Positions 36,835-49,238 are shown, counted from the stretch's first letter. The stretch: DNA of 64,000 nucleotides from Elusimicrobiota bacterium (GCA_041694815.1 JBGFSC010000033.1:8148-72147), one strand, 5' to 3'. Made by a program: numbers and translations. The notes: generated by a model not told the origin, from the sequence alone.

Positions 36835-37871
36835 GTCGCCTATGGCTGGCCGCGCTCTTGATCGCGGCCGGTTGCTCGCACGGGCGCCTAAAGCCGGGGC
36901 CGGGCGAGCAGGGCGAGGTCATCGAATCCGAGGGATGGTCGCCTTCAGACGGCGACCTGCTCAAGTCGCGCCAACGAGCGCTGGCGGAGGCGCAGAGGAA
37001 GGCGGTCGAACGCGTGGTGGGGGTATTTATTTCCGCCAAGACCCGCGTCGACGCCGCGGTGCACGTGGATTCCCGGATAATGGCCAATGTCGAGGGGTAT
37101 ATCCGGAAATACGACGTGTTGGAGGAACGAAACGAGGCGGGTTTCTTTAAGATGCGCATCCGCGCCCTGGTGCTCTACCGCAAGATCGGCGACGATTTAA
37201 GGGAGCTCGGCCTGCTTCGCCCGCCTCCTCCCCCGGGCAATCCGAGGGTGAGCGTGCTGCTTAAGCCCGACGGCGCTGCGGGATCTGGGAGCCTGGCCGC
37301 GCGTGGGGTGCGCACGGCACTCGTGGAGCGTGGGTTCGCGGTGATCGACGGCGAGGGCGCCTACGACCTCGCGGTGACGGGGGATGCCGACGCGCATCCC
37401 ATCGAGGACTCCCGCCTGGCGGGATTCCGCTCCTTCCGCGCGCGCGTCTCACTGCAGGCCAGCAAGATGGGCTCATCGCAGCTCTTGAGCCGCAAGACCC
37501 AGGAGGCCTCCGCACTCGACCCCTCACCAGAGGTGGCCCGGGCCAAGGCCCTCGACGTCGCCGGCGCCATGGCCGGCGAAGCCTTGGCGGCGGAACTCTC
37601 GAAGGCGCTGGCCTCGCGCATCGAGGTGCGTCTGCGCATCCATGGGATCAAGGGGCTCGAGAAGATACGGGCCGTGGCCGAGGATGTGCGGGGCAATCCC
37701 GGGGTGGCCGCGGTGACGCTGTCGGCCTATCGGGACGGGATCGCGGAATTACAGGTGACGACGGAGCGGATCCCGGGCGACGAGCTGGCGGCGCTCATGC
37801 TCCGGATGCGATCGCACCGCTTCGCCGCCAGGTCGGTGTCTCCCTATGAGGTCGAACTGGAGGGGCAATAG
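36831..37871 (+). CDS. lipoprotein, hypothetical
   Basis: Lipobox LIAAGC. Start overlaps the previous gene. Confidence 0.4.
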   Translation: MSRLWLAALLIAAGCSHGRLKPGPGEQGEVIESEGWSPSDGDLLKSRQRALAEAQRKAVERVVGVFISAKTRVDAAVHVDSRIMANVEGYIRKYDVLEERNEAGFFKMRIRALVLYRKIGDDLRELGLLRPPPPPGNPRVSVLLKPDGAAGSGSLAARGVRTALVERGFAVIDGEGAYDLAVTGDADAHPIEDSRLAGFRSFRARVSLQASKMGSSQLLSRKTQEASALDPSPEVARAKALDVAGAMAGEALAAELSKALASRIEVRLRIHGIKGLEKIRAVAEDVRGNPGVAAVTLSAYRDGIAELQVTTERIPGDELAALMLRMRSHRFAARSVSPYEVELEGQ

Positions 37872-38466
37872 CCTTGCCGCCCTGCTCGTGGCGGCCGGCT
37901 GCGCTCCGGCGCCGGTGCGTTTCACCTCCGCCAATTTCCACGCGCTGGCTCCGCCTCGCGTGGCCGTGCTGCCGTTCGACAACTGGAGCGTCGACTTGGT
38001 CGGTCCGGCGATGCTCCGGAGCCTATTCGAGGCGCGCCTGCGGGAGCGCGGCTACGAGGTGGTCTCTATGGAGGCGGTCGATGCCCGATTGCGGGAGCTG
38101 GGCGTCACCCACGGGGGCCAGCTGAAGGCCTTTTCGCCCCAGGCGCTCGGTTCGGCCCTGGGGGTGGAGGGGCTCATCTACGGGACGGTCGAGGAGTTCG
38201 TGATGCAGAACATCGGCTTCATCGCGCGGCGCTGCGTGCGCCTGCACGCCAGATTGGTGCATGCCGCCGGCGGCGAGCGGCTCTGGGAGGACACGGGGGA
38301 GGGGAATTGGGCCCGGGTAACTTTCGACAAGAAGGAGGCGCAGCGTATCTTCTTGGAGGGTTGGACCTACCGCGAGATCGAAAATATATTCAGGAATCCC
38401 CTTTTACCCGAATCGAAGGCGGCCGTGCAAGACCTCATTTCGCGCCTGCCGAGGAGGAGTTCATGA
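37846..38466 (+). CDS. lipoprotein, DUF799 (GNA1162)-like
   Basis: Lipobox LVAAGC. VAVLPFDNWSVD plus SLFEARLRERGYEVV resemble the DUF799 family that is usually found next to CsgG-like genes. Confidence 0.4.
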   Translation: MRSNWRGNSLAALLVAAGCAPAPVRFTSANFHALAPPRVAVLPFDNWSVDLVGPAMLRSLFEARLRERGYEVVSMEAVDARLRELGVTHGGQLKAFSPQALGSALGVEGLIYGTVEEFVMQNIGFIARRCVRLHARLVHAAGGERLWEDTGEGNWARVTFDKKEAQRIFLEGWTYREIENIFRNPLLPESKAAVQDLISRLPRRSS

Positions 38467-39395
38467 ACAAGCGTTTGTTTTTAGCCGTGATCCTTGGGCT
38501 TTCGGCCTGCGGCCCCAGCGCGTCGGTGCATAGGCGCCAGCCCGTTACGGCCACGGAGACTCGCGCGCTCGACTCGAAATATACCGGCCCCAAGCGCCGC
38601 ATCGGCATCGTCGATTTCGAGAACAAGAGCGCCTACGGACAGAACCGGCTGGGGAGCGCAGCCTCCGACATACTCGTCACCGAGCTGGCCAAGACCGGCA
38701 AATTCGTCGTGGTGGAGCGCGATAAGCTGCAGAAAATATTCGACGAGCAGAAATTGCAGGCTTCCGGGGCCGTCGACGCCAGGACCGTCGTGCGGGTCGG
38801 CAAGATCCTGGGGCTAAACGCCATCGTCACCGGCGCCGTCTCGCAATTCGGCGTCAAGGAGGAGGGCAGCGACTACCTCCTGGTGGCCTCCAAGCGTCAG
38901 GTCGCCGAGGTGACGGTGGACATACGCGTCGTCGACGCGGAGAACGGGCAAGTGCTCTACGCGGACTCCGGCAAGGGGGTGGGCAAGAGCACCAAGCGCA
39001 ACGTGCTCGGCCTGGGGGGACGAGGGGGCTACGACGAGACGATAGAGGGCGAGGCGCTGCGGGCGGCGATCGTGCAGTTTACCGCCAACGTGGTCAGCCA
39101 GGTGCACAAGAAGCCCTGGTCCTGCCGGATCGCCGCCGTCAGCGGCGGCCGTCTCTACCTCAACGCGGGGCCGACGATGGGGCTCGAGAAGGGGGCCTCC
39201 TTGGACTGCTTCCACCTGGGCTCGGAGGTCATCGATCCGACGACGGGGCTGGTGCTGGGCCATGAGGAGGTAGCCTTGGGTCGGGCGGTGGTAGACGGGC
39301 CTTTCGGCGACAACGGGGAGGGTTCCGTGGCGCGCCTGGTGCGCCCCAGCGGGCCGGCCCCGGCGGCGAAGGATATTTGCCGGTTGGCGGAATGA
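38463..39395 (+). CDS. CsgG-family lipoprotein (curli-type secretion channel-like)
   Basis: Lipobox LSAC. RIGIVDFENKS, SDILVTELAKTGKFVVVERDKLQKIFDEQKLQASG and LNAIVTGAVSQFG motifs characteristic of CsgG. Confidence 0.6.
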   Translation: MNKRLFLAVILGLSACGPSASVHRRQPVTATETRALDSKYTGPKRRIGIVDFENKSAYGQNRLGSAASDILVTELAKTGKFVVVERDKLQKIFDEQKLQASGAVDARTVVRVGKILGLNAIVTGAVSQFGVKEEGSDYLLVASKRQVAEVTVDIRVVDAENGQVLYADSGKGVGKSTKRNVLGLGGRGGYDETIEGEALRAAIVQFTANVVSQVHKKPWSCRIAAVSGGRLYLNAGPTMGLEKGASLDCFHLGSEVIDPTTGLVLGHEEVALGRAVVDGPFGDNGEGSVARLVRPSGPAPAAKDICRLAE

Positions 39396-39560
39396 ACGAC
39401 AGCTTTTACGCGCTCCATAACAACGGACGCGGCGCCGACCGGAGTGTCGGCGCCGGACTTCGTCGCGCTTCGCGCGACGAAGTTCGAGGTTTCTCGCGAG
39501 TATTCCGCGCGACGAAGCTCTTTAACGACAGCTTTTACGCGCTTTGGGCGCGTGACTCGG
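39395..39560. repeat. structured intergenic repeat element, copy A (about 1.8 tandem units with a perfect 25-bp palindrome)
   Basis: aacgacagcttttacgcgct occurs at 39395 and 39525. Palindrome cttcgtcgcgcttcgcgcgacgaag at 39458-39482. A reverse-complement copy is at 47713-47787. Confidence 0.7.
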
Positions 39561-39617
39561 CGCCGAGTTCGGGATTTAACAGATGGAACTTATTGGCATG
39601 AGAATCGTATATACGGT

Positions 39618-41138
39618 ATGCTCGCCAAGGTCTGGTCCGCGGGGGTCCGCGGCGTCGACGGCTATCCCGTATCCGTGGAACTCGACATCGCCAACGGCCT
39701 GCCGGGCTACACCACCGTCGGCTTGCCGGACAGCGCCGTGCGCGAGTCCCGGGAACGCGTCCTCAGCGCCTTGCGCAACTCGGGATTCCAATTCCCTCCG
39801 CGCCGGGTCACGGTCAACCTGGCGCCGGCGCAGCTGCGCAAGCGCGGCACCCAGTTCGACCTTCCGGTCGGGCTGGGACTCTTGGCCGCCTCGGGCCAGC
39901 TTCCCGCCGGCGACTGGATGCGGCGCTACTGCTTCCTGGGGGAGCTGGCCTTGGACGGGAGCGTGAGGCCCGTCTCCGGGGTGCTGCCCATGGCCGCGGC
40001 GGCCCTTTCGGCCGGGGCCCAGGGGGTGCTGCTCGCGCGCGAGAATTCGGGCGAGGCGGCGGCCGTGGGGATCAAGAGCTACGGCGTCTGCACCCTGCAG
40101 GAGGCAGTGCAATTCGTCGCCGGCGCCTCCGCCCTGCCGCCTGCCCGCGCTCCCCGGCCCAAGCCCATCCTTCGCGGCGAGGACATCGCGGATGTCCGGG
40201 GGCAGAGCCTGGCCAAACGGGCCCTCGAGGTCGCGGCGGCCGGAGGGCATCACCTTCTTTTAAGCGGGCCTCCGGGCTCCGGCAAGACCATGCTCGCCCG
40301 GCGCCTGCCCGGGCTGCTTCCCCCGTTGAGTCGCGGCGAATCGCTGGAGCTCGCGAGGATACTTTCGGTACGCGGCGAGGCCGCCAGTCGCTGTTGGCCC
40401 TCGGAACGCCCCTTCCGCGCGCCTCACCACGGTGCCACCATGGCGGCGCTCATCGGGGGCGGGCCCTACTGCCGGCCGGGCGAGATATCGATGGCGCATC
40501 GCGGCGTTTTATTCTTGGACGAGCTGCCGGAATTCAAGCGCGAGGCGCTGGAGGCGCTCCGCGTTCCCTTGGAAACGCGGCGCGTGCTGGTCTCCCGAAT
40601 CAAGGAGACCGTCGAATACCCGGCCGATTTCATCCTCGTGGCGGCGCAGAATCCCTGCCCCTGCGGCTTTCTGGGGCACCCGACGCGCCCCTGCCGCTGC
40701 GGCCCGCGCGCGGTGGACGCCTACCGGCGGAGAATTTCGGGGCCCCTGCTTGAGCGCATTGACCTGCGCATCGAGGTCTCGCCGCTTCCCTTCTCCGATT
40801 GGAACGCCGACGGTCCCTGCGCCGGAGCGGAGACTTCGGCGGCGGTGCGCGAGCGGGTGTCGCGGGCGCGCCGCAGGCAGGCGGCCCGCCTGGGTGAGGG
40901 CCGAGACAATGCTTCGCTTGGGCCCGCCGAGCTGCGCCGCCACTGCGCGTTCGCGGACCGGGGGCGGGCCCTGCTCGAGGCCGCCGCCTCCCGCTGGGGT
41001 CTGTCGGCCCGGAGCCTCGACCGGATATTGAAGGTCGCCCGCACCCTGGCGGACTTGGCGGACTCGCCGAAGTTGGAGACCCCGCATTTGACCGAGGCGA
41101 TCGCGTTATGCGCCGAAAACACAGGCACGGAGGTTTGA
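39618..41138 (+). CDS. YifB/ComM-family Mg-chelatase-like AAA+ ATPase
   Basis: N-terminal Lon-protease-like domain (AVRESRERVLSALRNSGF). LLLSGPPGSGKTMLARRL Walker A, then a ChlI-type domain. About 507 aa. Confidence 0.8.
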   Translation: MLAKVWSAGVRGVDGYPVSVELDIANGLPGYTTVGLPDSAVRESRERVLSALRNSGFQFPPRRVTVNLAPAQLRKRGTQFDLPVGLGLLAASGQLPAGDWMRRYCFLGELALDGSVRPVSGVLPMAAAALSAGAQGVLLARENSGEAAAVGIKSYGVCTLQEAVQFVAGASALPPARAPRPKPILRGEDIADVRGQSLAKRALEVAAAGGHHLLLSGPPGSGKTMLARRLPGLLPPLSRGESLELARILSVRGEAASRCWPSERPFRAPHHGATMAALIGGGPYCRPGEISMAHRGVLFLDELPEFKREALEALRVPLETRRVLVSRIKETVEYPADFILVAAQNPCPCGFLGHPTRPCRCGPRAVDAYRRRISGPLLERIDLRIEVSPLPFSDWNADGPCAGAETSAAVRERVSRARRRQAARLGEGRDNASLGPAELRRHCAFADRGRALLEAAASRWGLSARSLDRILKVARTLADLADSPKLETPHLTEAIALCAENTGTEV

Positions 41139-41139
41139 G

Positions 41140-41856
41140 ATGATCAACGCGTGGTTGTTATCCGTTTTACTTTGTAGGGCGGCGTCGGCTGAACGCAGCC
41201 ATACGGTGGTCGAGAAGGACACGCTGTGGGACCTGGCCTCCCGTTACTACGGCGACCCGTTCCAGTGGAGGAAGATCTCGGAGGCGAATCCTCCCCCCGA
41301 GGTGCGCGACCCGCATTGGATATATCCCGGCCAACGCCTGATCATCCCGGACCTCGAGGCGGCGGGGCAGCCGCAAGATCAAGCCGAAGAAAAGCCAGAA
41401 GCCGAGCCCGCGCCTATCGCCGCCGCTCCGCCGCCGGAGCCGGCCGTAGAGCCGGCTCCCGCTCCACCCGCTCAGGTGGCGAGCGAATCCATTTCGACGA
41501 GATTCCCGGAGGGCCTCGTCGCCCAGCCGCCCTCCAATGTCCGCCTACTCGCCAAGCCTGGCTGGTCGGCGGATGGGGCCGTCAGCGGCTTCGAAGGGCA
41601 GGAATCCATGGCCGCCGAGGGCGATCTCATCGACATCCGTCTCAAGCCAGGGCTGTCGGCCTCGCCGGGAGAGCGCTTCTTCGTCTTCCGCAAGGCCGCG
41701 CCCGGCGAGGCGGACGCCGACAAGAAGGCGACGTATCTAGTTGAGATCGGCAGGATACGGATCAAGAAGGTCCTGGCCGACGGCGGCTATCGCGCCGTGA
41801 TACTCAAATCGAACGATTCCCTGCAGATCGCAGACCTCGTCCAGCGAGGGGGGTAA
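41140..41856 (+). CDS. LysM-domain protein with Pro/Ala-rich spacer
   Basis: SP, then HTVVEKDTLWDLASRYYGDPFQWRKISEAN...IYPGQRLIIP, a LysM motif. Confidence 0.6.
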   Translation: MINAWLLSVLLCRAASAERSHTVVEKDTLWDLASRYYGDPFQWRKISEANPPPEVRDPHWIYPGQRLIIPDLEAAGQPQDQAEEKPEAEPAPIAAAPPPEPAVEPAPAPPAQVASESISTRFPEGLVAQPPSNVRLLAKPGWSADGAVSGFEGQESMAAEGDLIDIRLKPGLSASPGERFFVFRKAAPGEADADKKATYLVEIGRIRIKKVLADGGYRAVILKSNDSLQIADLVQRGG

Positions 41857-41860
41857 TGGT

Positions 41861-42259
41861 ATGGAATTCGACGGCTTAAAGAAGCTTCTCTGGTTCTTGG
41901 CGATACTCATCGGGCTGGGCCTCTACGTCCGCTCCCATTACGACTTTCAGGACGCGCTGCGCTTCTCCAGGCGGCACCCGCACCCGAAACTGTCGCCGGC
42001 CGTGGATTATTATTCGGGCATGGCCTATTACCTGCGCGAGGATTACCCGCGCGCGGTGGACGCCTTCACGCAGCTGCTGACGGACTACCCCACCTCCTAC
42101 TACGCGCCGCGCGGCCTCTTGAGGCTGGGCAGCAGTCATATGGAGATGCGGCAATACCAGCAGGCCCGCGAGGCGTTCGAGAAATACATGGAGGAATTCC
42201 CTAATGGCAAGGACAGGGCCTTGGTCGATTCCAAATACGAATTCATCAAGTTCCGATGA
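41861..42259 (+). CDS. TPR-like repeat membrane-anchored protein
   Basis: N-terminal TM helix. Paired helical repeats (YYSGMAYYLREDYPRAVDAF, YAPRGLLRLGSSHMEMRQYQQAREAF). Confidence 0.4.
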   Translation: MEFDGLKKLLWFLAILIGLGLYVRSHYDFQDALRFSRRHPHPKLSPAVDYYSGMAYYLREDYPRAVDAFTQLLTDYPTSYYAPRGLLRLGSSHMEMRQYQQAREAFEKYMEEFPNGKDRALVDSKYEFIKFR

Positions 42260-42651
42260 GCCCCGCGCCGCAGCCGCCTTTCGCCGGGCTCGTCCGCGAG
42301 CGGATGCGCGAGCGGGGCATCGGCCTTCGTGAGCTCTGCCGCGCCGTGCGCCTCGACCCCTCCTTCTTCTCCAAGGTGCTCGCTGGCAAGCGCAGCCCTC
42401 CCTCCGAGGAGGCCGTGCTTCGCCGCATCGCCGAGGCCCTGGCCATGGACGCCTCCGCCCTCGTCGTATCCGCCGGCCGCATCCCGATGGAATGGAGCGG
42501 CGTATGGAAGGACCCCGGCCTTTTCGAGTCCATGCATCGACTGGCTCTCCGGGGCGTCCAGGCTCCCGTCCGGCAGGCCGCTTCCTCGTGGTCGACCGGG
42601 CCCGAGCGCAAGGTGGCCAAGGCCAAGGCGTTCGGCGACGAATTGCTGTGA
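42256..42651 (+). CDS. XRE-family helix-turn-helix protein
   Basis: LVRERMRERGIGLRELCRAVRLDPSFFSKVLAG is an HTH_3-type motif. Confidence 0.5.
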   Translation: MSPAPQPPFAGLVRERMRERGIGLRELCRAVRLDPSFFSKVLAGKRSPPSEEAVLRRIAEALAMDASALVVSAGRIPMEWSGVWKDPGLFESMHRLALRGVQAPVRQAASSWSTGPERKVAKAKAFGDELL

Positions 42652-43521
42652 CGGCGGCCGAGGAGCGCCGGCTTTCGCGGGAGCAATTCCCGGCTCTATT
42701 AGCCTCCATCGAGGATGCGCCCCAGGCGCTGCACGTCCGCGGCGATCTCGACGAGGGCCCCGCGGTGGCCATCGTAGGCTCGCGCAGGCCGACCCCCTAC
42801 GGTTGCCGGGTCGCGCGGGCACTGGCCTCGGGCGCCGCCGCGGCCGGCTTGCGCGTGGTCAGCGGACTGGCCCGAGGCATCGACGCCCGGGCGCATGAGG
42901 CGGCGCTGGAGGCCGGAGGGAAGACCTGGGCCGTGCTCGGCTCGGGACTGGGCCGCGTCTACCCTCCCGAGCATCGCGGGCTGGCCGAGCGCATCGTCTC
43001 GGCGGGCGGCGCGTTGCTGAGCGAATACCCGTTCGACCGCGGCCCCGAGGCGTATCACTTCCCGATGCGCAACCGTATCCTAGCTGGGCTCTCGTGGGCG
43101 ACGGTCGTCGTCGAGGGCGACATGAAGTCCGGCTCCCTGATCACGGCGCGCGAGGCGCTCAAGCAGGGGCGGCAGGTCCTGGCCGTCCCTGGTCCCGTCG
43201 ATTCGCCGATGAGCGAGGGGCCGAACTGGCTTCTGCAAAACGGGGCGGCCCCGGCCTGCGGCGTCGAGGACATCCTGGGCGCCCTCCCGCCTTCCGTTAG
43301 GTCCCAGTTGGACGCCTCCGGTGTCACGCCCGGCCGCGGCGAAGGCGCCGGGCAAGGCGATACTACACCTGAGGAGCAAAAAATCTTAGAATTACTCGGC
43401 CCGAATTGCCGTCACTTAGACGAGATCGTCTGGGAGACGGGGATGGACGCCTCGGCCTTGTCCCGGATCCTGGTGGGTCTGCGGATGAAGGATTTGATCG
43501 GCGCGTATCCCGGGCAGCGTT

Positions 43522-43535
<14 letters not shown>
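42649..43535 (+). CDS. dprA: DNA processing protein DprA/Smf (GTG start)
   Basis: VAIVGSRRPTPYG...LARGIDARAHEAALEAGGKTWAVLGSGL...ESDLKSGSLITAREALKQGRQVLAVPG Rossmann-like DprA core, plus a C-terminal winged helix. Upstream of topA, as is common. Confidence 0.75.
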
Positions 43536-45834
<2,299 letters not shown>

Positions 45835-45849
45835 AGAGACCCAACGGTC

Positions 45850-46752
45850 GTGGCAGACGATTTAGCTTATTGGATCCAACGCTTCCTGCTGCATCTGCGT
45901 TCCCAGCGCAATTATTCCGCGCACACCCTGCGCTCCTATTCTGGCGACCTCAAGCGGTTTGAGGCTTTCATGGCGAAGCAGGGCGCCGGGGCGTCCGGCC
46001 TGGAGCGCCGGCATGTCCGCGCCTATCTGGCCTCGCTGCAGGCGGCCGGGGGCAAGCGCAGTTCCCTGCTGCGAAGGATGGCCAGCCTGCGTTCCTTGCG
46101 CGCATTCCTCATCGAGCAGGGGGTCCTCGCGCGCGACCCGTTTTTGGCCGTCCGTCTTCCCAAGAAGGAGTCGCGGCTGCCCAAGTTCTTGACCGAATCG
46201 GAAATGAGCTCGCTGCTCTCGGCCCTGCCCGACCGTCGCGGAGGCTTCGACTGGCCCGAGCGCGACCTGGCGATACTGGAGCTGCTCTACTCCTGCGGGC
46301 TGCGCCGCTCGGAGCTGCACGGGCTCAACGTGGCCGACGTGGATTTCCTGGGCGGGGCCCTGCGCGTGACGGGTAAGGGTTCCAAGGAACGGGTCGTTCC
46401 CATCGGCGAGCGCGCGCTCAAGACGCTGCGCCGCTACCTGGCCTCGCGCAAGAGCGCGGGCGGGGAGGCGGGTGGAGAGGCGCTTTTCCTCAACGCGCGT
46501 GCTGGAAGGCTTTCGGAGGAGGGCATCGCCTTCATTCTCCGCCGCTGGGCGAAGGCCGCGGGTTTCCTTAAACCCGTATCGCCGCATCTATTCCGCCACA
46601 GCTTCGCCACGCATCTGGTCTCGCGCGGCTGCGACTTGAGAAGCGTCCAGGAAATGCTCGGGCATAAGAATATCTCCAATACCCAGATTTACACGCATCT
46701 CTCGCTCGAGCACATTAAGGAAGTCTATCGGCAGAGCCACCCCCGCGCATGA
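45850..46752 (+). CDS. tyrosine recombinase XerC/XerD
   Basis: N-terminal SAM-like core-binding domain (FLLHLRSQRNYSAHTLRSYSGDLKRF). Catalytic R...HxxR...Y (LLYSCGLRRSEL, HLFRHSFATHL, IYTHLS). Confidence 0.85.
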   Translation: MADDLAYWIQRFLLHLRSQRNYSAHTLRSYSGDLKRFEAFMAKQGAGASGLERRHVRAYLASLQAAGGKRSSLLRRMASLRSLRAFLIEQGVLARDPFLAVRLPKKESRLPKFLTESEMSSLLSALPDRRGGFDWPERDLAILELLYSCGLRRSELHGLNVADVDFLGGALRVTGKGSKERVVPIGERALKTLRRYLASRKSAGGEAGGEALFLNARAGRLSEEGIAFILRRWAKAAGFLKPVSPHLFRHSFATHLVSRGCDLRSVQEMLGHKNISNTQIYTHLSLEHIKEVYRQSHPRA

Positions 46753-47690
46753 AAGACAAGATCACGCTGCTTATGGAGGAAACCGGCTGCGAGCAGGGGG
46801 AAGCCGAGCTGGCGCTGGAGCTTTGCGGCTATGAGCTGGAAAAGGCCGTGGCCGCCGTGCCGCGCCTTTTTCAAAATATTATAGTTTTGAAGGGGAAATT
46901 TAAGGAAGAGGTGGAGGGACTATACGGCCTTCTCCTCATAATCTTGAATCTGCGCGAACACTCCCTACTGCGCGCCAAATCGGTTGTTTCGTACAACCCG
47001 GCCATCTACGCCGCCTCCCTGGAGCAGAACTGGTTCGAGTTCGAGAAACATCTCTATGCCTCGCGGCTTTGGGAGGGGACCCTGCAGCCCTTGAGCCAGG
47101 AGATCGAGCAGCTCATGACCGGGTATTTCAGCTCTGAGGAATCGGCGCCCTTTTACTCTGATAGCCGGGGCCTGCCGGTGCAGCAGGAGACGCTGGCATT
47201 GAGATCCTTGTTGGGCAGGCGCTTCGCCGCCGAAGGCTTCCGCTTGTTGCTCCAACGCGACGTGCTGGACATGGGCCAGTTCCAGGAGATACGCCCTTAC
47301 GCCGGAAACGGGCGCCGCCCGGGGACGCGGCGCAGAGGCCCGTCCCGTGGGGGGCCGCTGATTTTGCGCATCACGCTCGAGGGTTCGCCCGATGGAGTGG
47401 AGGCGGCCGACCTGCGGGCGGGGGACATGGTCTACGCCCAGATCACCGACACGCGGGATATCGCCCAGTACCTTTCTAAGCTATTCGGGCCCGGCGCCTC
47501 GGAGGACACGAGCTCACTGCTCGTGCCGGTAGAGGCGGTCGAAAGCGGCCCTAGCCAGGAGATCGGCATCCGCGTCCGTTTCTCGCTGGGCGTTTGCGGA
47601 GACGTGAACGTGGCTCCGGAGACGAGGCTCAAGGTGATTCGCCGTTCGTCGAGATCGAAGGAGTCTTGGTGGAAGAAGTTCTTTGGGTAA
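46749..47690 (+). CDS. hypothetical protein with UBA-like N-terminus
   Basis: TLLMEETGCEQGEAELALELCGYELEKAV. No further family assignment. Confidence 0.35.
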   Translation: MKDKITLLMEETGCEQGEAELALELCGYELEKAVAAVPRLFQNIIVLKGKFKEEVEGLYGLLLIILNLREHSLLRAKSVVSYNPAIYAASLEQNWFEFEKHLYASRLWEGTLQPLSQEIEQLMTGYFSSEESAPFYSDSRGLPVQQETLALRSLLGRRFAAEGFRLLLQRDVLDMGQFQEIRPYAGNGRRPGTRRRGPSRGGPLILRITLEGSPDGVEAADLRAGDMVYAQITDTRDIAQYLSKLFGPGASEDTSSLLVPVEAVESGPSQEIGIRVRFSLGVCGDVNVAPETRLKVIRRSSRSKESWWKKFFG

Positions 47691-47712
47691 TTCTCGCGAG
47701 AAACCTCGAACT

Positions 47713-47787
47713 TCGTCGCGCGAAGCGCGACGAAGTCACGCGCCCGAGGCGCGTAAAAGTCGCCGTTTAGTAGTTACGGAGGCATCA
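47713..47787. repeat. structured intergenic repeat element, copy B (reverse-complement, compact version of copy A)
   Basis: ctcgcgagaaacctcgaacttcgtcgcgcgaagcgcgacgaag is the exact reverse complement of 39458-39500. The tail gcgcgtaaaagtcgccgtt approximates the reverse complement of aacgacagcttttacgcgc. Confidence 0.7.
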
Positions 47788-49076
47788 TGCCGGCCTTGGT
47801 CGTCGTAGGCGCCCAGTGGGGCGATGAGGGAAAGGGCAAGATCGTCGACTTCCTCAGCCGCGGGGCCGACATGGTGGTCCGCTACCAGGGAGGCAATAAC
47901 GCCGGGCATACCATCATTTTCAAAGGACGCCCGCTCGCCCTGCACCTGATCCCATCCGGCATCTTGTTCGCCGGCAAGCGCAACGTCATCGGAAACGGCG
48001 TCGTCGTCAGCCCGGGCGCGTTCCGCGACGAGGTGCGCCTGCTGCAGGCCCGTGGCGTGCGCGTGCGCGGCCGGCTCTTTGTGAGCCTGGGCGCGCACGT
48101 GATCCTTCCCTACCACATCGTGCTCGACGGGCTGCGGGAGGAGGGCGGCAGGGGTATCGGCACGACCAAGAAGGGCATCGGTCCTTGCTACGAGGACAAG
48201 GTCGCGCGCATCGGCATCCGCGTCTGTGATTTCCTCGACCCGGAACTGTTCAAGTCCCTGGTGGAGCAGAACCTGCGCGTCCGGGCGGTGGAATTGGGCG
48301 CGGGCCCCAAGCCCTTGGCTCAGATCCGCCGTGAGGTATTCGGCGACTACGGCGCCTTGCGGGCCTTCCTTAAGCCCTTTGCGGTCGACACGCCCCCGAT
48401 CATCAACGAGGCATTGAGCCGAGGGCGGCGGGTGCTTTTCGAGAGCGCGCAGGGCGCCATGCTCGATCTGGATTTCGGGACCTACCCGTTCGTGACTTCC
48501 TCCAATCCGGTCGCCGGAGGCGCCTGCATCGGCGCGGGCGTCGGCCCAAGCCAGGTCGGCCATATCTTGGGGGTCACCAAGGCCTACACCACCCGCGTAG
48601 GCCTGGGCCCGTTCCCTACGGAGCTCGACGGGCATATCGGGCGCTACCTCCGCGAGAAGGGCAAGGAGTACGGCGCTACGACGGGCAGGCCCCGGCGCAT
48701 CGGCTGGCTCGACCTGGTCCAGCTCAAGCGCGCCATCCTCGTCAGCGGGATCCGTTCGCTTGTGATGACCAAGCTCGACACGCTCGCCAACGTGCATCCC
48801 GTCAAGGTCTGCGTCGCCTACCGGCTGGGCCGCAAGAGGCTGGCGGCGTTCCCCATGGGACGCCGGGAGCAGCTCGAATGCGAGCCCGTTTACGAGACCC
48901 TGCCCGGCTTCAGCGGGGATTTTACGGGGATCCGCCGCTTCGACGCGCTGCCCAAGGCCGCGCGGGATTATGTGGCCTGGGTGGAGAAGCGCCTGGAGAC
49001 ACCGATCGATATCGTGTCGGTGGGCCAGAGGCGGGAAGAGACGATCGTCCGCCGGCCGAATTCCGCTTGGAAATAA
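47787..49076 (+). CDS. purA: adenylosuccinate synthetase
   Basis: VVVGAQWGDEGKGKIVD, GGNNAGHT and GIGPCY motifs. 429 aa. Confidence 0.9.
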   Translation: MPALVVVGAQWGDEGKGKIVDFLSRGADMVVRYQGGNNAGHTIIFKGRPLALHLIPSGILFAGKRNVIGNGVVVSPGAFRDEVRLLQARGVRVRGRLFVSLGAHVILPYHIVLDGLREEGGRGIGTTKKGIGPCYEDKVARIGIRVCDFLDPELFKSLVEQNLRVRAVELGAGPKPLAQIRREVFGDYGALRAFLKPFAVDTPPIINEALSRGRRVLFESAQGAMLDLDFGTYPFVTSSNPVAGGACIGAGVGPSQVGHILGVTKAYTTRVGLGPFPTELDGHIGRYLREKGKEYGATTGRPRRIGWLDLVQLKRAILVSGIRSLVMTKLDTLANVHPVKVCVAYRLGRKRLAAFPMGRREQLECEPVYETLPGFSGDFTGIRRFDALPKAARDYVAWVEKRLETPIDIVSVGQRREETIVRRPNSAWK

Positions 49077-49107
49077 AGCCTTAAATCCGTGTCAAGGGCC
49101 TAGGTCT

Positions 49108-49136
49108 TGACAGGCCAAGGGCATCTGCTATACTTC
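49108..49136 (+). promoter_or_regulatory. sigma70-like promoter (cttgaca - 16 nt - tatact)
   Basis: Near-consensus -35 at 49108-49114 and -10 at 49131-49136, directly upstream of the structured RNA. Confidence 0.5.
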
Positions 49137-49144
49137 GACTGTTG

Positions 49145-49238
49145 TACCGATAAACCGGCAAACCCTCCGCGAGGAGGGGGCGCAAAGCGTAGGGCCTGGA
49201 GGTCCAGGTCGCCTGGCTACCGAAGACAACAGTAGGTT
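49145..49238 (+). promoter_or_regulatory. candidate c-di-GMP-I (GEMM) riboswitch aptamer
   Basis: ggCAAACC-cuccGCGAggagg-GGCGCAAAGC-...-uggCUACCGaag matches the GEMM signature: GNRA-capped hairpin, CGCAAAGC junction, second hairpin, UACCG. Enclosing stem acuguugu/acaacagu. Confidence 0.5.
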
